This document shows, piece by piece, positions 1-15,004 of a stretch of 64,000 nt of DNA; positions within the stretch are counted from its first letter, which is position 1, and each line of letters starts with the position of its first letter. The notes beneath the pieces were generated by a model. The model ran no database searches. It worked only from the letters and a program-made list of their open reading frames with translations, and was not told where the DNA came from. Position numbers and translations under genes: made by a program. This DNA is from Eledone cirrhosa (lineage: Eukaryota), in contig OZ024740.1 in the NCBI GenBank assembly GCA_964016885.1, forward strand, positions 145,886,001 through 145,950,000. Direction: 5' to 3'.

Positions 1-3000
1 AACTGCTGCGCCGGTAGCTGCCCCTTACGAGTAGAGGCGCTGCCCGTGGTGAAAGTCTTCGTGAGGGGAAAGCCACAGCGAGCCCTCGTGGACACGGGCT
101 GCATGACGACGCTGGTGACCGCGGGGGTGGCACAGAGGTGGAGAGGGAAGAGCAGCGTAAGGGCAGTCGACGGTAGGAAAATTGAATGCCGAGATCGCAG
201 CGAGGTGGAGATGGCGGTACAGGGAAAGAAAATAAGGCTTTCTGCCATCGTAGTCGACAACGTGGTGGATGGGATCGGCGTAGTTATGGGCATGGACGCA
301 AATGGCCGTCTAGGAGGCGTCACAGTGAACAATGTCGGTGTCTCGTTTGGCGGCGCCGCATCGGTATGCGCTGTGAGTACGCGACAGGAGAACCAGAAGG
401 CCCACGAGGAGAAATACCCCGCTTACACTGTACAGGACAAAGACGTCAAGGCCGTGTTCGATGGGCAACGATGGATTGTTGAGTGGTACTGGAAGGGAGA
501 ACCACCAACACTGAAGACCAAAGTGGGCTGCTATCAACACACATTGAAGGGAGACATTAAGAGCGAGTTCGAGCGAGAGGTAGAGAGATTGATTGAAGAG
601 GGCATACTGCTTCCCTGGAAAGAGGAGGTGAAGTGTGGAGTATTGCCGTTAATGGCGGTGGCGCAACCCACGAAAAACAAGGTGAGGCCGGTACTGGACT
701 TTCGGGAGCTGAACGAGCACGTGTCATGCCACACGGGTGGCGAGGTTACGGATGTCTGTGGGGAAACCCTGCGTGAGTGGAGACACATGACAGGGGCTTC
801 CGCAATCGTCGATCTAAAGTCGGCATACTGACAATTACACATAGATCAGAAGCTCTGGCAGTCTCAGCTGGTCAGGTATAAGGGCCGGACATATTGCCTG
901 ACCAGGCTCGGTTTCGGGCTGAGCTCTGCACCGAAGATCATGGCGGCGGTCCTCAAGACCATTCTGGGAAAGGCCGACAAGATGAAGAGGGCCACTAATT
1001 CCTACATTGACGACATCCTAGTGGACGAGTCTGTAGTGTCGGCGGCGTAGGTCACGAGCCATTTACAGGGGTATAGACTGGCTGCGAAGCCGTCAGAAGC
1101 GTTGGAGCCGCGCTGGGACTTAGGCTACGGCGAGACAGGACGGGCGTTAGTATTCCAGAGGGGAAATGAAGTTCCAGAACTGGGCCCAAGTATGAGTAGG
1201 CGGGAGCTTTTCTCGGCGTATGGAAAGTTGGTGGGTCACTACCCGATTGCTGGGTGGCTCGGGACGGCATGCAGCTATGTCAAGAAACGAGCGGGCAGGA
1301 TGACTTGGAGTGACAGAGTGGGAGAGAGGACGGTGGCCATGATGCAGGGGATCGTGGAGAGGGTGAAGGTCGACGACCCAGTGCGGGGACGCTGGTATGT
1401 TCCCAAATCGCAGAGCGGGACCGTATGGTGCGATGCCAGCAGCATAGCGCTAGGTGTCACGTTGGAGATCAAGGATGCAGCCTGGCTTAGGAAGAAGGAT
1501 GACTGCAACCACATCAATGTGGCCGAACTGGACGCAGTGTTGAGAGGGGTGAACCTCGCCCTGAAGTGGGGCCTGCGCACCATCGAGATTCGCACCGACT
1601 CGGCTACTGTACTCGGATGGGTGAGATCAGTGCTCACCAGTGAGAAGAGAGTGCGAACGAGAGAGGCGGCGGAGATGCTGATAAAGCGCCGCCTGGGAAC
1701 TTTAGGAGAGCTGGCCATCGAGTTCGACCTGAGGCTGAGCGTAGTTTTCGTGCCCTCAGAGAAAAATAGGGCGGACGTTTTAACCAGGGTGAAGAAGCCT
1801 GGATGGAAACGCCGGATGATGTAGAAGAGGAGATAGCTGCCATGTGTCGGCTGACCGAGTCGGATCTGGAAGGGTTGCATGACATGCACCACATGGGAGT
1901 GGATAGGACTCTGTTCCTAGCCAGGAGAATCGACTCGGACGTTAGCAGACATAGTATTCAAAGAGTGGTTAGAGGCTGCATCCGATGTCAGTCCATTGAT
2001 CCCGCCCCAGGTGTGCACGAAACGGGAAGCCTCCCGGTGGATCGCGACTGAAAGCGATTTGCGGTGGATGTAACACACTACCGACAGGGAACATACCTCT
2101 CAATGGTCGACTGTGGACCGGGACGGATGGCGATATGGAGGGAGATGAAGACTGGAACGGCCGAGAAAATCACGCGGACGTTGGGAGAGGTGTTCTTGGA
2201 GCGGGGCCCTGTGGACGAACTGAAGGAGATGCTCGATGGATGGAAGGTGGACCGTTTCTTCAGAGCAGCATACAGGCCGAGCGGAAATGGAATCGTGGAG
2301 CGACACCACCGAACGATCAAAGCAATGGCGGAGCGGGGCCACATCTCACCAATGGAGGTAGTGTTCTGGTACAACATGTCTCCTCGGGTAGGACAGGTTG
2401 AGGAATCGGTTCCACACAGAGCAGTATTCAGATACGAGTGGCGGCACCCGTGCACGCCACCACAACGGCTAGTGGAGAGAGAGAATGCATTCGTGCAGGT
2501 GGGCGAAGAAGTCTGGGTTAAGCCTCCAGTTGCACATCTCAATGGAGAAGGGGAACGGTGACGGCCGTAAATTCTCAGAACAATGTGTCCGTGGACGGAG
2601 TACCACGTCATGTCCTGGATGTCCATAGAATTACTGTGTCAACGGACTCTGAAGAAGAGGAAACCCAAAGTGCCGCCCCAGCACTGCGGAGATCGCAAAG
2701 AAGTCGCAAACCACCAACCTGAACAGCAGATTTTCATATGCATCAGGACGGGGGGGGAATTTGATCCTTCAGATCGGGGGGGGGGGGGGTATGGTGTGGT
2801 GTGCAGTGGCCGGAGGCTGGGAAGTGCTTGACCGGAAGGGTGCTCGACCGGAAGGGCCAGCAGGTCTGCTTTTCTCTAGCGTGGTCAGCGAAAGTGGTGG
2901 ACGTCAGTTTTGGAGCTCCCGGTTAACGAGTTGGATTGTATGCACGTGGGAAAGGAGAAACCAGCCATTGGATTACCGTGCCAGCAATAAGCGGTAAGTG

Positions 3001-3021
3001 AAGTAGCTTTTTCTATCCACA
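1..3021 (+). mobile_element. Decayed Ty3/Gypsy LTR retrotransposon, 5' end outside the window: protease-RT-RNaseH-integrase, G-rich PPT and probable 3' LTR (~2795-3021)
   Basis: ALVDTG protease, RPVLDFRELN and YIDD (~1003) RT, WCDAS/AELDA/RTDS RNaseH, H-H-C-C zinc finger and AYRPSGNGIVER integrase in PR-RT-RH-IN order. In-frame stops at 829, 1048 and 2049 plus frameshifts. Poly-G at 2776-2789, then TGTGG...CCACA. Confidence 0.93.
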
Positions 3022-3844
3022 GTTAGAAGAGATAACATGAATATAATATAAGGAATAATAACTGTTTCTACTTCAGGCACAAGGCCAGCAAATACCCAGT
3101 ACATTACTGGTACTGGAATAATAACGTGAATATAAAGAATATAAGGAATATAGGATTTGGTTATATATAGTTTACTTCACGTGAATCTTTTAATAAGTAC
3201 ATAAAAACAGTTACCAAGAGTTGTTAAGGTTGTTATCGTTTCTGATGTGAGGTTGTTGTTGGTGGTGTTAAAACAGCGAGTTACAGATAATTGTTGTTGT
3301 TGGAATTCGTGGTAATAGTTGTTAGACCGTGTTAGTTAGAGAGTATGGTATGTATAGCTCTGAATGGTCTGTAGTAACTGAGAAATACCGTGAACTGCAT
3401 ACAGCGGTGTGGTCTGTAGTAACAGAGGTTCCAATCTGTGTGTGTGTATCTGTAGACTTCGTGGGGTCTGTTAATAGCAGTAATCCTTACATAGTTAGTT
3501 GTATATCCTATCGCTTCGATGTCTCTGTGTGGAATTGGCCTGATACAGGCCCTATATATAGCTGTCACTTCCAGTCCCCCTTTCTGAAAGGACAGCCCAC
3601 GCATGAACTTGTTAACACAATAAATGTAGTGACCTAAAATTTAACCTTTACGTATCACCCAAAGTTCAAGGCGCGGATAGATTTCGCTACATATATATAT
3701 ATATGCGAATGATTGTTTAACCATCGTCTCAGCGTGTTTGGCCTTTAACATTTGTTATAACTCTGGTTCATCTGAATCATTGAGCACTTGCCACACATCT
3801 CGAAGGTTGTTTTTCGAAATGCGATTCTCGATAATTTATGTTTG

Positions 3845-3890
<46 letters not shown>

Positions 3891-3922
3891 AAGGTGTCTG
3901 TGACCTATATGCACTGGTCACA

Positions 3923-4011
<89 letters not shown>

Positions 4012-5171
4012 TTAGAAACCCTTCCTATTTGCAGGAAATATTAGGCACACACATTATTATAATACATATGACTTAATATTTAGTTACCAAATTCGAGTTA
4101 GATACAGTAATGTTGTATTCGATTCTTTGAAGTCACCTATTATAATTTCATCCAACAACAACACCATCTCTCTCTCTCTCCCAAGTTCCTTATCTCCATC
4201 TCTCTCTCTATATATATATGTCTCTCTTTCAATCTACTCTCTCACAACCACTATCTCTTTCTCGCTATCTTTCTGTCTCTCGATTTATGAAGGTACCCGG
4301 GAAAACCCTGTGTCTCAGGAAATCCTGCTCTGATTTACGCGAAACTTGTTGTATTCCATTTGTATTCCCATTTCAGGGGCAACTTCCTTTCAAAGTATTT
4401 TCCCATTATGCGCTGTTTTGGCTGTATTAAATTACAGACAAGCACACAATCACATAATTTTAATAGTATATAGATAGTTAGACCCCGTAATCAAAATATT
4501 GATTTACAAGAACAATGGACAGTGATGAGTCTTTGGTCAGCATATCTAACGTTGAAGTCAATGGCTGATCATCAAATGATCTGATAAGATGCCAAATAGT
4601 GAACAAGGGTGCTCTGCCTAAACAGTACATGGAAATATAATATCATTGACAAACGATAATAATTATTTCTACAGTTCGAAATGTTTAAAATATATTGCTG
4701 AACTACTTGTCCAAGATTTGAATCTGGATCAACAAATGCATTTCTGTACGGGAGCAAATAAATTGTATGTTACGATGGACTGAACCAAAAATAAGTTCAT
4801 CGATCACTGTAAAAGGTTGTGTGACCCAGACAAAAGAAATTTGTTGACAATAATAAATTTCTCTTACAATAACTGACACCACAAAAGTAATAACATCTGA
4901 AGGAAATTGGCAACAGAGGCTATAATGAACTGGAAGAAGAATTACTGCCGTCATGATATATGCGCAGGCACTGATGTAGCGTGGGGTTTGGTCGCACATT
5001 CCTTAAACGTAATAAGCAGAGTCGTTAGAACGCCGTACGTATAGAATGCTTTGGAATATTCGTTCCGGCTCTGTGATCTAAATTCAAATCCCGCCGAGGT
5101 CAACTTTCATCATTTCGAGGTCGATAGAAAAGTACCAATCCAGTACTGGGATCGATTTTTCTCTATATCAC

Positions 5172-7289
5172 TGTAGCGGTTGTCTCCCTTGTTTTGATTG
5201 GGATCTAGACGGGAGGTGGAACCCTTTCTGCGACTTCCGGTCAGAGCCCTATAAAACTAACAACTTTAAGCTTCCTTTCTCTCTTTGCCTTTTCGGCACC
5301 TGGTCAAGAGCCTCTCATTTGGCTCTGCCATTAATTTGGCCAACAGGCGCCTGGCCTTAGCCAGGCACTCTCTGCCAGCCGCGTTTGCCTGGCAATCAAA
5401 ACGGTAACTACTAACTTTGTTTCATTCTAACATCTATATTTGACATGTCAAGTATTCTATCTACCGTTAATTAAATATTATATACACAAACCATGTCTCG
5501 TTTTGTTACATTCATACAACCTCAGTAACCTCGCTATATTGGTGACCTTAACGTGATACGAACACGCAGCCGTTCATCGCTATAAGTGGTCACCCCCAAA
5601 AAAAGAAAAAAATAGCACATCTGGTTTTGTGAGTAACATTACGAATACACAGCAAATTTAGCGACAAACTATGAAAATACTCAAGGACACGCACACACGC
5701 ACATGTGGAATTCGCACAGACAGACTTTTTCTCTCACGCATCAATTAACTGTCGCATTTCACCAATATATATATATGTTTCTCGTTTCTTACAACGAACA
5801 CTTTCAAAACAAAAAAAAAAACAAAAAAAAAAAAACATTTCACGATATATATATATGTTTCTCGTTTCTTACAACGAACTCTTTCAAAACAAAAAAAAAA
5901 AAAAAGAAATTTGATATTCTTTAAAAAAACATTTCAACAGGAACATTTATTTTCGATGAACCATTGCCTTTTTGTTCATCGTTTTCTTCATCGTTCAAGT
6001 TTTTTGTTTTTTTTTTCCAAAGTTCACACCAATAATTATGCTGAGTGAAGCCTTTCTTTTTCATCATTGTCACTTTCAACATTGCACTATCATTTTCTCG
6101 CGCGTTAGAAATATTATTTTTTTTCAACCTTGTATTGGCACGTGTAGGCAGCACAAATTCTCGATTCACAGAGATGTCTCTACTCACAGACAGCCGCACG
6201 CCATTTATCACCAGGGATTCTTCAGCCTTAAGCTATATTCTTCTATTTGCCGGTTTATAAATTTACAATGTAAATTTACAGTTGATAACCGCGCATTTAT
6301 TAAGAATGCTTATTTCTCTGGTCGCTGGCCTCTTGACCCTTCCAGGTCAACGCATTCTCAACATCGACCATCAACTTCGGCTGCTATTTCTAGCACTTTG
6401 CGCAACTCATTTTTTCTAAATAAATTTTTTTTACTGTGAATTTAAACACCGAATACGCTCACTCAGCGAGACAACAGCAGCAGCAACAGCAATATAACAG
6501 CAACAGCAATACATCAATACAGCTTCACCAAAGCCAGAGAATTCATTTTTGCAGCACTCTCCCTGTGAGAAAATCCATTCGGAGGTTGGAAATTTCACGA
6601 TATACCACAGAACAGAAACCACCTGCATTCATTCTCTGGAACACACTTTCTTTCCTGCTGTCATGTGATTGCACACCTGTGAACTATATTTTGAACTTTG
6701 AGCTCTTCTATTACTTTTACTTTATTACATTGTATCTTTGGGTGATGGATAGATGGATGTCCAGTCGTTCTCTGGCCAAGAGCGGTTGGCTACCTTGATA
6801 TCTATCATTGATTTTTCCAAACATTCTTTTGTCGTAATTTTCATGCCTGTTACAACATTCTCGCCAACTTGCTACATATTTTCATTTCGATTTTTATACA
6901 CTAAAATTCTGGCGGGAGGTTATGTAGCGGTTGTCTCCCTTGTTTTGATTGGGATCTAGACGGGAGGTGGAACCCTTTCTGCGACTTCCGGTCAGAGCCC
7001 TATAAAACTAACAACTTTAAGCTTCCTTTCTCTCTTTGCCTTTTCGGCACCTGGTCAAGAGCCTCTCATTTGGCTCTGCCATTAATTTGGCCAACAGGCG
7101 CCTGGCCTTAGCCAGGCGCTCTCTGCCAGCCGCGTTTGCCTGGCAATCAAAACGGTAACTACTAACTTTGTTTCATTCTAACATCTATATTTGACATGTC
7201 AAGTATTCTATCTACCGTTAATTAAATATTATATACACAAACCATGTCTCGTTTTGTTACATTCATACAACCTCAGTAATCTCGCTATA
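5172..7289 (+). mobile_element. Non-autonomous LTR retrotransposon (TRIM/LARD-like); LTRs at 5172-5538 and 6923-7289
   Basis: Two 367-bp direct repeats (2 differences seen) with TGTAGCG...CGCTATA termini; TSD TCAC on both sides; PBS TGGTGACC... at 5540; PPT GGCGGGAGG at 6911; no pol ORF inside. Confidence 0.92.
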
Positions 7290-7847
7290 TCACTTTCTCA
7301 CTTCCACTCAATCGCTCTCTCTCCCATTCTCTGGAAGAAATCCGCTTGGTTCAGACCTGGGATTTGTTGGGCTTCACCAAGTTTAATATGCCCAACACAT
7401 CCTATATATAGGACTCCACCAGGAGTTACGGGACCATACATACCTTCGACTACAGCAAACACAATTGACTGGCCACCCCATCCGGCCTCTAAAATGGCCG
7501 CCCTGTGCGATCCGCTCATACTACGCCATTGTGCACGGCGTATTTTATTCCAAATTCAATTCAATCGGTATCATCGGTGTCATTGAAATTGATGAGCATA
7601 CATTTTGTCAAACGTAGACACAATGTATGCCACTTCGTGAAAATTTGTGAACTTTTTAAGTTCTTGAAGTTGGTCCTAGAAGGAGTTTCTAGTTGAGACA
7701 GATGGTAACTGTTATATGTACTACAACTGGCCTTGTGCCAAAAGTAGAAACAATTATATTTTACCAAGAGCAGCAATTGTAATAGGTTTTTGGGCGTCAT
7801 TCACCTCTATCAAATTGGTTTTCAGTTTGGTGATACATGTATGCATA

Positions 7848-8562
7848 TGTAACGGAATATTATGTGTGGTTGTAACGACAAGTGGATGGATGGATGTAAC
7901 TGTTGGTATGGTGGTTTCAGTGTAAATAAAAATACCAGGAGTGTTGTTACAAAGTTTATTTTATTACAACAATATTCAATTTGAATATTGAATGATAAAA
8001 TAATTGACATAAAATATTCATACAATAATTTGGTGGCTCTTCGAGCCACGTAAATTCAAATATCACAGAATACGATTATAATATGTGTAAACAGAAATGA
8101 ATGGTGCGTGTACAAATGTTGGACTCACTATGAATTGCGTGTGTGCGTCGTATCAGTATATTTACTTATTTGTATTGCAGGAGTCAGCGATCAGCCAGGA
8201 AGGTGAGAATAAGTGGTAGACTGGTTTTCGTGACGAGAGCCTGTAAATGAGACTCGTCTTGTCTGTATCCACTGTTTTTCTATTTTTGGCGTAAACAATC
8301 CCTCTATTTATAAGAGTTGAAGTTAGAAGGATAGATATATCCTCTGAACTTTGGTTAGTCTCCCAAGGGATTAGTTTGCCAAGCGTAAACAAGTCAGAAA
8401 GATGGATATATCCTCTGACCTATTTTCTGTCAGGCGTAAACACCTCTGACCTGTGTTTAGCCTCTCCCAAGGGGTTAGTCTCTTGAGCGTAAACAAGTTA
8501 CCACGGCTTGTCCCAGAGGCGGGAAAGCTCAGATTCGGTTTCGAATCTTCGCCGCCGTTATA
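7848..8562. mobile_element. Solo LTR (715 bp)
   Basis: Inverted termini TGTAACGG...CCGTTATA; 4-bp TSD CATA at 7844-7847 and 8563-8566; short internal tandem repeats at ~8330-8500. Confidence 0.75.
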
Positions 8563-8816
8563 CATACAACTATAAACCATGTTGAATCACTATAGAATTG
8601 TGGAAAAAAAGAAATAATAAAACTCCTATTTAATCGCGATAATATGGTGTTATGCCTTTCCTGTTGGCGGATTTGAACAATCATTTACAGACATTAGATC
8701 CGTTTATCATTTATGTGAAGATAATAAAACTTTCCACTTTTTTGAGCAGAAAAAACATTTCACTTTTTGTCTTCAAAAACGCCACCATATGTAACTTGGT
8801 GAATATTATATTTTCA

Positions 8817-8960
8817 TCCAGTATAGTTACGTCCCTTTACGATCTGAGTTCAAATCCTGCCGAGGTTGACTTTGCCTTTCATCCTTACGGGGTCGATAAA
8901 ATAAAGTACCAGTAATGCACTGGGTAATTGCTGGCCTTGTGCCTAAAGTAGAAACAATTA
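8817..8960 (+). mobile_element. tRNA-derived SINE (5'-truncated)
   Basis: Same family as 12312-12500. Confidence 0.85.
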
Positions 8961-10313
8961 TATTTTCATGAATTCTTGGAAACTAAGTAATGTCAAAATT
9001 TGTTATGACGTACAAAAGCAAACAGTTTCTTCTTTTTCCTTTTCTTTTTTCTTTTTTCTTTTTCTTTTTCTTATTACTTCCCCACTTATTCCTGGAACGG
9101 TCGTGGGAGCAGAGTCCTCGTGCACGCCTTCCAGCGGATCCTGTCAGAAGCAACTGTCTCCAATAGATCCTGCTGGATCCCCAACTGAGACAAACCGAGT
9201 TCATGGATGTCATTTAACCATTTTTCTCAGGGTCTACTTCAGGGTCTCCTGGCAGTTGGTTTTGCCAGGAAGCTAAGGTCACCAGAACTCAAATGTGGCA
9301 AGGCCTCCGGGGAGGATGAAATTAGATCCGTGGTGTTAAATGCCTTAATTAGAGAAGGTATTCTCTGACTGAGTTGTGTGTGCCAAGTGGCCTAGATCTT
9401 TGGAAAGGCTGTGTGTGCCAAGTGGCCTAGATCTTTGGAAAGGCACTTATGTAGTAGCAACGTTAGGAGTATCACGGAAGTAATTCTTCCAGTTCACTAT
9501 AGCGTCAGTAAAATCTGTCCAGCGATTCTTTCCTTTGTCATTCTGACCACATGTCCGTAGTATCGAAGCTGTGACCTCTCAATTCGAGGAAGTAGCGACT
9601 CTACCTGGAGCAACTTCCTGATCTCAGAGCTAACTAAGCATTTGGGCATCGAGAATTGTGAAGCTAGTAACAAGTGACATAGCGAGTTATAAATCACCAT
9701 TGAATGAGTAATAAAATTATCAATGGTAAAAAGAGGAGTGCACTAGCTGAAAAAATTGAATCATTCAGAAAGAAGTTAAATAATTTAATTTCAGAGTGAT
9801 ACTGGGTTGTATTGGCGGTCATTACCCTGGAACACCCAAGCTTTTAAGAATAAACTCTCCTCGCGTAGTCGTATGTTAGTTGTGGGCGCCCGTGTATGTA
9901 CATTTATGTTGCGCCCCGTTATACCCTGTAAGTTTAACAAATGGATATCAATAATATGAATACCAGTTTGAAATAAGTTCTGGGTTCCATATGATCAACT
10001 AGAACCTTGAAGGCAATGTTCTAACATGGCCGCAGTGGAATGGGCACAGACCAATTACTGAATCTAGTAAAGGTGTGTATATATATATATATATATGAAA
10101 AATTCAGGACCCCACGGCGGAGCTCCGGCCGTTTCAACAGCTAGATCCGAATATTTATATAAACATATATATATTTTTTTTTTTTCTTCCTAATAATCGT
10201 CTCTTTCTCCCTGTTTTCATATATATATATATACCACCACCCCTCTCTCAAGAGCGTGAAACTAATAAACCTTTGTTCGTACTGCCTCTCTGCTTTGTTC
10301 CCGTTCAATTTTT

Positions 10314-10378
<65 letters not shown>

Positions 10379-10382
<4 letters not shown>

Positions 10383-12786
10383 GCAGCATGGTGTATAAAT
10401 GTTACTGAGACACGAGTAACATAATAATGATGTCAACAGCAGAAATTAGAGATGAAATGTATGTTTATTTTTGTTGTAGCACAAATAATGTTTGTTAACT
10501 TGTATGGTTGAAGTTACACATAAAATGAGGTTACAAAAGGGAATGTGCCATTGTGCCGGAAAGCCGGCAGGCCAAAGTGCAAAATCTCACCGTCACATGT
10601 TGTACGTGTTGCTGGTTCGAAGTTCCGGGTGCGAGAGAGAGATTCTTCAAATCTTCGCGGGTATTTTCTCCCTCAGGGCGTGTAGGGATACATCCTCTTC
10701 TACTGGCGCTGATTGGCTGAGCTGAGCGAAATCACGCACAGAGAATGTATGTGAGCCCGCGGAATGTAGGTCACTACAATACTCCCCCTCTAGACGGAAG
10801 ACAATACAGATTATTGAATCAGCAAGAAAAAATGCTGAAAGAGCACATCAGTGAAAAAATAATTAAGCAGAAGGATGCATGCAAGAAAAAAAATGAGGCG
10901 CTAAGGGCCGTGTTGAGCCGCTGTGTCAAATGACTAGCTGTTTTGTAGTTTATACGTGACCACCAAAGGTCTAACAGAAAACGGATAAAGTCTGACAAGT
11001 TGCTGTTCTTGCATTAAATGTTAATGGTAAGTGTTGTACCAGTAGCTGTGGATGAAACTATTATGGTAGTTTACCAGTGCTGGCAAGAAGATGATGGGTA
11101 GGCGAGAAAATGTCGGCCTCCCAGATGTATTGCCGAAAGTGCTAGGGAACCAGGAAAAAATGGCTGGTTGCTTTGAAAAGAAAAAAGCAAGTTGAATCTG
11201 TAGGTGGGAAGTAGTTGCAGTGTAAATTCCATAATTCCGGCGAATCCACAGAAGTTCTGGAAATGCTGACAAGTCCAGTTCTATTTGTTGTTTTCCCAGT
11301 GAGTCGGGTAAGGTAACAAGACGGAGGTTGTTATGGACGATGAGTGTGCAACGAGATGCGAAACTGTTTGAGTTCAGCTGCAATTAACATTCTCGTGTTG
11401 CGGTGCCTGTTTGAATCCAGGTGAATTAAGCTCTATGAGTCGCTGGCATGTGACGGCACCTCAACCAGGTGAAAAGGGATTTCGTAGAATATTACGTTTG
11501 AAGAACATATACTAAGAACAACATGTTGGTGGGTGACAAAGAAATGTGTGCATATGCAGGCATGTAAAACAGCAAATAAATGTGTGGGTGCAGTCATATA
11601 TACAATGATAAAGAAAATGATGCAGTCATATATACAATGATAGAAAAAAAATGAATTTCCATATAATACAGTTTTTAAAAAATAAATGTCCAAAATAAAT
11701 GCCTGAAAAAAAAAGGAAGAAAGAAAGAATTGTTTCTTTTCTTTTAACAAAAAGTTCGCTTTTCTTTTCTTTGAAATTTCTTTGGGATCGCTCTTACTAG
11801 GGAGCTAGTAGAGTTGTTGTTGTTGTTGTTGTTAAAGCAAAGTCACAATGAATCTTCTGTAGAGTCGAAGTCGAGCGTTGAAGAACCTAGAGTCACCAAT
11901 ATGGCAGCCACGTCTGACGCCATAGTGGTGAGAAGATTAATGTCTTAATTTCTCGAGTCCTTGTGGTAACGAGACAGAAGGTATGGTGGTTGCGTCGGTA
12001 AAGTTACAAGCCATTCCCTGGTGTTGGTTAATAGTTAGCCATGTGTTGCTGCTGATGGCTGGTACTTGGTGGTAGCCGTTTTGAAATTTCCTCGTCGCGT
12101 AAATTTTTTTTTTTTTTTAAATTCATACACTGCCAATTTTAATTTTATTTCAAAAGGAATATTTTGAACTGAAAATATTCATCACGTCGGGTTCACCACT
12201 TTTAGCAGCATGGTGTATAAATGTTATTGAGACACGAGTAACATAATAATGATGTCAACAGCAGAAATTAGAGATGAAATGTATGTTTATTTTTGTTGTA
12301 GCACAAATAATTGTTTCTACGTTTGGCACAAGGCCAGCAAATACCCAGTGCATTACTGGTACTTTATTTTATCGACCCTGTAAGGATGAAAGGCAAAGTT
12401 ATCCTCGGCGGGATTTGAACTCAGAATGGCAAGGACCGTAACTCTATACATCAAAGCATGGCGGCCGACCCTCTACCAATACTGCCAATCCACCGCCCTA
12501 TAATGTTTGTTAACTTGTATGGTTGAAGTTACACATAAAATGAGGTTACAAAAGGGAATGTGCCATTGTGCCGGAAAGCCGGCAGGCCAAAGTGCAAAAT
12601 CTCACCGTCACATGTTGTACGTGTTTCTGGTTCGAAGTTCCGGGTGCGAGAGAGAGATTCTTCAAATCTTCGCGGAGATTTTCTCCCTCAGGGCGCGTAG
12701 GGATACATCCTCTTCTACTGGCGCTGATTGGCTGAGCTGAGCGAAATCACGCACAGAGAATGTATGTGAGCCCGCGGAATGTAGGT

Positions 12787-12793
<7 letters not shown>
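10379..12793 (-). mobile_element. Non-autonomous LTR retrotransposon inserted in (TA)n; 3' LTR 10379-10778, 5' LTR 12201-12793 (SINE-interrupted)
   Basis: 400-bp direct repeats. Minus-strand PBS TGGTGAACCCGACGTGAT (12181-12198) matches the tRNA-Trp 3' end; PPT GAGGGGGAG abuts the 3' LTR; (TA)n on both flanks. Confidence 0.92.
12312..12500 (-). mobile_element. tRNA-derived SINE inserted into one LTR
   Basis: B-box GTTCAAATCC and core CTTTGCCTTTCATCCTT..GGGTCGATAAAATAAAGTACCAG; absent from the sister LTR; short ATAAT duplication. Confidence 0.9.
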
Positions 12794-14900
<2,107 letters not shown>

Positions 14901-15004
14901 GTTAGTGCTAACAATATATAGATATCACCCAGCATACCGCCAACGGACGCAATTAACATGCACCTTAACACACTCACACACACACGCACACATATATATA
15001 TATC

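Noticed and set aside
11021-11383. 120-aa ORF inside the LTR element as a gag remnant
   Set aside because: Only faint resemblance; no zinc knuckle or capsid motif can be confirmed by eye.
10492-12740. Duplicated 77-aa ORF MLTCMVEVTH
   Set aside because: Lies inside the paired LTRs and has no protein motif.
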